Part shown: positions 47,722 to 64,000 of the stretch, piece by piece
Layout of the letters: every line of letters begins with the position of its first letter
Numbering within the stretch: position 1 is the stretch's first letter
DNA from: Squalus acanthias
Taxonomy: Eukaryota
Length of the DNA stretch: 64,000 nucleotides
Direction of reading: 5' to 3'
Assembly: GCA_030390025.1 (NCBI GenBank)
Contig: JASTWF010000622.1
Coordinates: forward strand, 1 to 64,000
Position numbers and translations under genes: made by a program
The notes under the pieces: model-generated
The model's input: the letters and a program-made list of their open reading frames with translations, nothing else
What the model was told of the DNA's origin: nothing
The model's database searches: none

Positions 47722-50438
47722 TACATTGTTTAACAAATTAGAACATTTGTCTTTTAAAATGCTTTAGGCGACAGCAATTATTTGCTGTGAATTCTACCTG
47801 TAGTGTGGCCTTTCGGTCACTGGCTAGAGGGAGGAGGTAGGCCAATGTTCCCATAGCAACGAAATGTTTCCTAAATGATTCGAGGATCCTATCTTGAAGT
47901 AGCCGAGTTTCAATCCAGGGACAGATGAGCCTAACCCCCACAGGTACACAAATTAAGTCCTAGTCAAAGGGGCAACATCACTAAAATATCAGAGGCTGGT
48001 CCAACCAAACAATTTTAAACAAAATTAAAAGCAAAATAGTATCAAAATGGAGAATGAAATATGGTGCCTACCGGGCTTCCTCCCCGCCCTTCACATGTAG
48101 ACAGCGACTATTGAAATATAGAAGCAATTTATTTCTTCCCGCTCCAAGAGAAACACAACTCAGTCAGATCCAACCGGCTGAAAGAGACAGCGCAGCTAAC
48201 ATTGGCTCTGGTTGGGGCAGTTTTCAGTGTGGTGTAGCAGAACAGGACGCAACTCGAAAGTACAGCCATGGTCCCAGCATTTGTAAATCAGTTTCGGGTA
48301 CACAAATAGGTCAGAAAGACAAAAGACATATGCATAGGTTCTATATCCCCTTTGAGCAGAGTACAGAGGTTGCTTAAAAGGCTTTTCAACAAATATTTCA
48401 ATTCTGTTCAAGATCACATTTGGAGAGTTGGTCAACTCTACTTTATAAATAGGATATAAAGTCTGGCCAACATTTACATACTGTTATCAGCAGGTAGCGT
48501 ATCGGTACCACGACAATACAAGTCTGTGTGATGGAGTGGTGCAGACATGAAGCTATCGTGCATATTGGTACCAATGCACAATAGGGGGGGGGGGGGGGGG
48601 AGGGGGAAGAAAGAGTGGAGAAACACTGGCTCTGAAATTCCACAGGGATAATACCATCAATCCCCCTACAACTTTACCAGAAACAGCACAAGCAAGAGTT
48701 TGTCATTTCCCTCGGATTGCCAAAGTTACAGCAGGAGACTAGTGATAGCCTTATGGAATGCCAAGGACACCGTATTTAATCCAACGTGCTTTGCACTACT
48801 TATGTAATACAAGTTCATCTTTTCAGCATCACTCCCACCACTGACAGAACCATTCCCAGCCTGCTGCTTCACTGAGCACCAACTAGCTTTGGAATGAATT
48901 GCATCAGCAATTTCAGTGCAGGTAGATCCCTATGAATTATACATGCCTACAGCAATCCTAATGACAGCACTTCTATACTGTGCCCAGCATCCGCCAAAAG
49001 TGCAACGTTACAATGATGGACAGCGTCAAAAAAGGCCAGATTTCTAACAATCTCTGCAAAGTACTCAGTAAAGAAAGACATTTTTTAAATCCCTTCTTTG
49101 GATGTGAATGGCACAGGCACGGTCACATTTGGTGCCCTGAGAAGGTGATGGTGGGTCTTCTTGAATTGTTCCAGGCCTGGTGATGATGGTCCTCCCACAT
49201 TTGAACTCACCTCAGATTTGCCAAGAAGGAACTCTCAACTCACTTTCAATGCATTTTGTGATAGCATGAAATAAATATCTAATGCTTCCAGTTTGCAGTA
49301 TTCACAATTAAAACAGACATTTCCAAAGTTAGAAGAACTTCAGAATTAGAGCTAAAGGTGGAATGAACCATAGCCCCAAACAAACCCAGACCCACAGGTG
49401 TCAAGACCAAGCTACACTCACCTCGAGAAAGATTTATAACCCCGCAGGCCAATCTTTTAATAACTTTAGTCCAGTTCAAACTGAATCTTTTCCTTTGCGG
49501 CTTCAAGTATTCACTACCCACCCCCCCCAATATTTTTTGAATACATTGACACAAGTTTTTAAAGATTCACATATAGCATTATGACTGCCTGCAATCTGAC
49601 ATTTACCATACTACACACCGATTCTGAACATTTCAATTTGCTGCATTAGATTATATTACTTACATACAGAAAATCTAAATTACACGGAGCAAACACACAG
49701 CAAATTGGAAAGGCCCATAAACCAGTCAGATCATTTACAAACCTAAAATGACATGGTACAAAGCATACAGCTAAAAGAAAGCATTAGTGTTTGTGTGAAA
49801 CAGGCAGGAGTTAACATCCCAAACAAAGTATAAATCCAAGGGTCAGAGTTCCAGATCGGATCATAAACCAGACCAAAACTGTACACGAGGCTGGAGTTGG
49901 ACTAGAAAATTACGAGTCCAAAGACAAGAGATAAAAACACTTCAGGTTTCTACCATACAAACTGAAGCAGTAGAATCCAGTCAGTGAATTTTTTTCATCA
50001 ATCCACCAACTAGGTTGAGTGCTACATCCAATTACAAAATAAAAGTAAAAGTCAAAATGAACATGGTGAAATACAACAAAATACACAAACTACAGCCATT
50101 AAAACCCTCAAAAATAAAGGCATTTGTCCATTTAATAAAGTAGAAAATGCAAACAATTACACACGAGCAGAAAGAAACATTTCTTAAAAAAAAAAACGCC
50201 AGTTAAGTTCCTTGGCTTCATTATTGATGTAGACGTCATTATTGGTGTAGAGTTGAACAGAATCCCAATTGAGCACCAGCCGAGTCAGGGCAGGTGCTGC
50301 AATATGCCACTGGGTTTGGTTTGAAGAACTGATTACAGACCCTGGCTGATGAAAGCCACGCTACTGGCTCGGAGATGTTCAGGGAAACTGGACCTACACG
50401 GCCATCATGATCTTGTGTCTTTGAGAAGTCCATCAACT

Positions 50439-62607
<12,169 letters not shown>

Positions 62608-62772
62608 CTATACTGGAACACAAAATTTTCCAAACAGGGGCAGAGTCAGAGCCAGATCTAGCACACATTCATTGGTCCAGATCATCAGGAGGAAAAACAT
62701 ACCACCTCCTTAGAGGCCCAATCTAATATCCCATCTAATGGAAACTCAGCAACAAGATCTAGATCTACCCGA

Positions 62773-62870
62773 CCCACACTGCAGGGCAGATTCAGACACT
62801 GACCCCACCCACACTGCAGGGCAGATTTCAGACACTGACCCCACCCACACTGCAGGGCAGATTCAGACAC
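62773..62870. repeat. 36-37 bp minisatellite, ~2.7 copies
   Basis: CCCACACTGCAGGGCAGATT(T)CAGACACTGACCCCA. Confidence 0.9.
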
Positions 62871-62874
62871 CATT

Positions 62875-63025
62875 TTTAATGCCTCACCTGAAGGATGGCA
62901 CCTCTGACAATGCAGCATTCCCTCAGTTCTGCACTGAAGTGTCACCCTAGACTATGTGCTCAAGTGAGGTTTGATGTACAGCCTTCTATCTGAGCCAGAG
63001 TGCTGCCAACTGAACCAAGCTGACA
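62875..63025 (-). mobile_element. DeuSINE 5' (tRNA-derived head) fragment
   Basis: Minus strand TGTCAGCTTGGTTCAGTTGGCAGCACTCTGGCTCAGA...GTGCAGAACTGAGGGAATGCTGCATTGTCAGAGGTGCC. Confidence 0.6.
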
Positions 63026-63562
63026 ACTAGTAAGTAACCATTCAGGAACTTGGGAGCCCCAATACAGTGATACATAAATTACACAACCTGAACTGAAAGT
63101 AGAAGGAAGTGGACAATTCAAAGTTAAAAACAAACAATTCAAAGCCGATGTGCGAGAAGAGTATTTCCATTAGTATCTAAAAATGGGCCTTCACCCAAAA
63201 TGTTAGCCTGTCTTTCCCCACCCTCCCTTTTTACAGATGCTGATTGACCTGCCATGTCCTGCATTGAGTTTTTAAATTCAGATTTTCAGTATTTGCTGCT
63301 TTCCCCCCTCCCCTTTTCAAGTCTGCACTAGCACTGGTTGGACAGCTGTATAAAATCTTGCTTTCCTTGCCACTGAACAGATCAGTTAAAGTGAAGACTA
63401 TCAGATTTCCATTTAGACATATAACCCCAGACAGCAAGTGTTCATTAAACCCCCCAAAAAACTTACAACAGGAGCAAAAACCTACAGACTACCAAAGGGC
63501 TAAACAATACTTTGGGAGCAAACATCAACTATTGGTGTCTTATTTTGTTCTTAAGGTAGATG

Positions 63563-64000
63563 TGCCCAATTCTGGGCACCACACTTTAGGAAGGATGTCA
63601 AGGCCTTGAAGAGGGTGCAGAGGAGATTCACTAGAATGGTATGAGGGATGTGAGACTTCAGTTACACAGAGATTAGAGAAACTGGGACTGTTCTCCTTAG
63701 AGCAGAGACGGTTAAGGGGAGATTTAACAGAGGTGTTTAAAAATCATGAAGGGTTTTGATAGAGTAAATGAGAAACCGTTTCCAGTGGCAGAAGGGTCAG
63801 TAACCAGAGGACACAGATTTATGGTAATTGGCAAAAGAACCAGAAGCATTTTTTTTTTTAAATAAACGCAGCAAGTTGTTATGAACTGTAATGTACTGCC
63901 TCAAGGGTGGAGGAAGCAGATTTAATAATAACTTTCAAAAAGGGAATTGGATAAATCTGCAGGGCTATGGGGAAAGGACAAGGGAGTGGGACTAATTGGA
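63563..64000 (+). mobile_element. CR1 3' fragment (runs off the window)
   Basis: QFWAPHFRKDVKALKRVQRRFTRMV... Confidence 0.88.

Noticed and set aside
47700-50430. Several 65-107 aa ORFs between the two genes
   Set aside because: No homology cues; better explained as NUDT21 3' UTR.
62960-63025. tRNA gene
   Set aside because: Only a degenerate tRNA-like SINE head; no complete cloverleaf.

Overview
Eukaryotic vertebrate DNA, most likely a cartilaginous fish, judged from abundant CR1 LINEs and SINEs resembling SacSINE1/DeuSINE, HE1 and LF-SINE. Family assignments are from motif recognition and memory, not database searches. From left to right: (1) 1-5241 is the 3' part of an LTR retroelement. 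It has a coiled-coil ORF remnant, a 783-codon env-like gene with a single in-frame TGA, a polypurine tract and a ~1.67 kb LTR. The env is unusual: signal peptide, immunoglobulin-like domain, Pro-rich linker, then a paramyxo/baculovirus-F-type fusion protein. (2) 5242-~35035 is a ~30 kb purine-skewed satellite, (GA)n-AACACAAACT-(G)n, with higher-order duplications. Two CR1 copies interrupt it, one carrying a nested SINE. Its long ORFs are artefacts. (3) 38703-47201 (+) is an 8-exon non-rearranging IgSF receptor gene: leader, germline-joined VJ domain, C1 domain, uncharged TM, and a tail built from three duplicated exons carrying six Tyr motifs (ITIM/ITSM-like). The C1 exon has a +1 T-run frameshift. 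(4) 50439-62524 (-) holds coding exons 2-7 of NUDT21 (CPSF5/CFIm25), convergent with the receptor gene. Its 3' UTR is rich in UGUA. Introns contain CR1, L2, SINE and MITE debris. The best novelty candidates are the Ig-domain-bearing F-type envelope and the VJ-C1 multi-ITIM receptor, whose ITSMs appear to depend on splicing.
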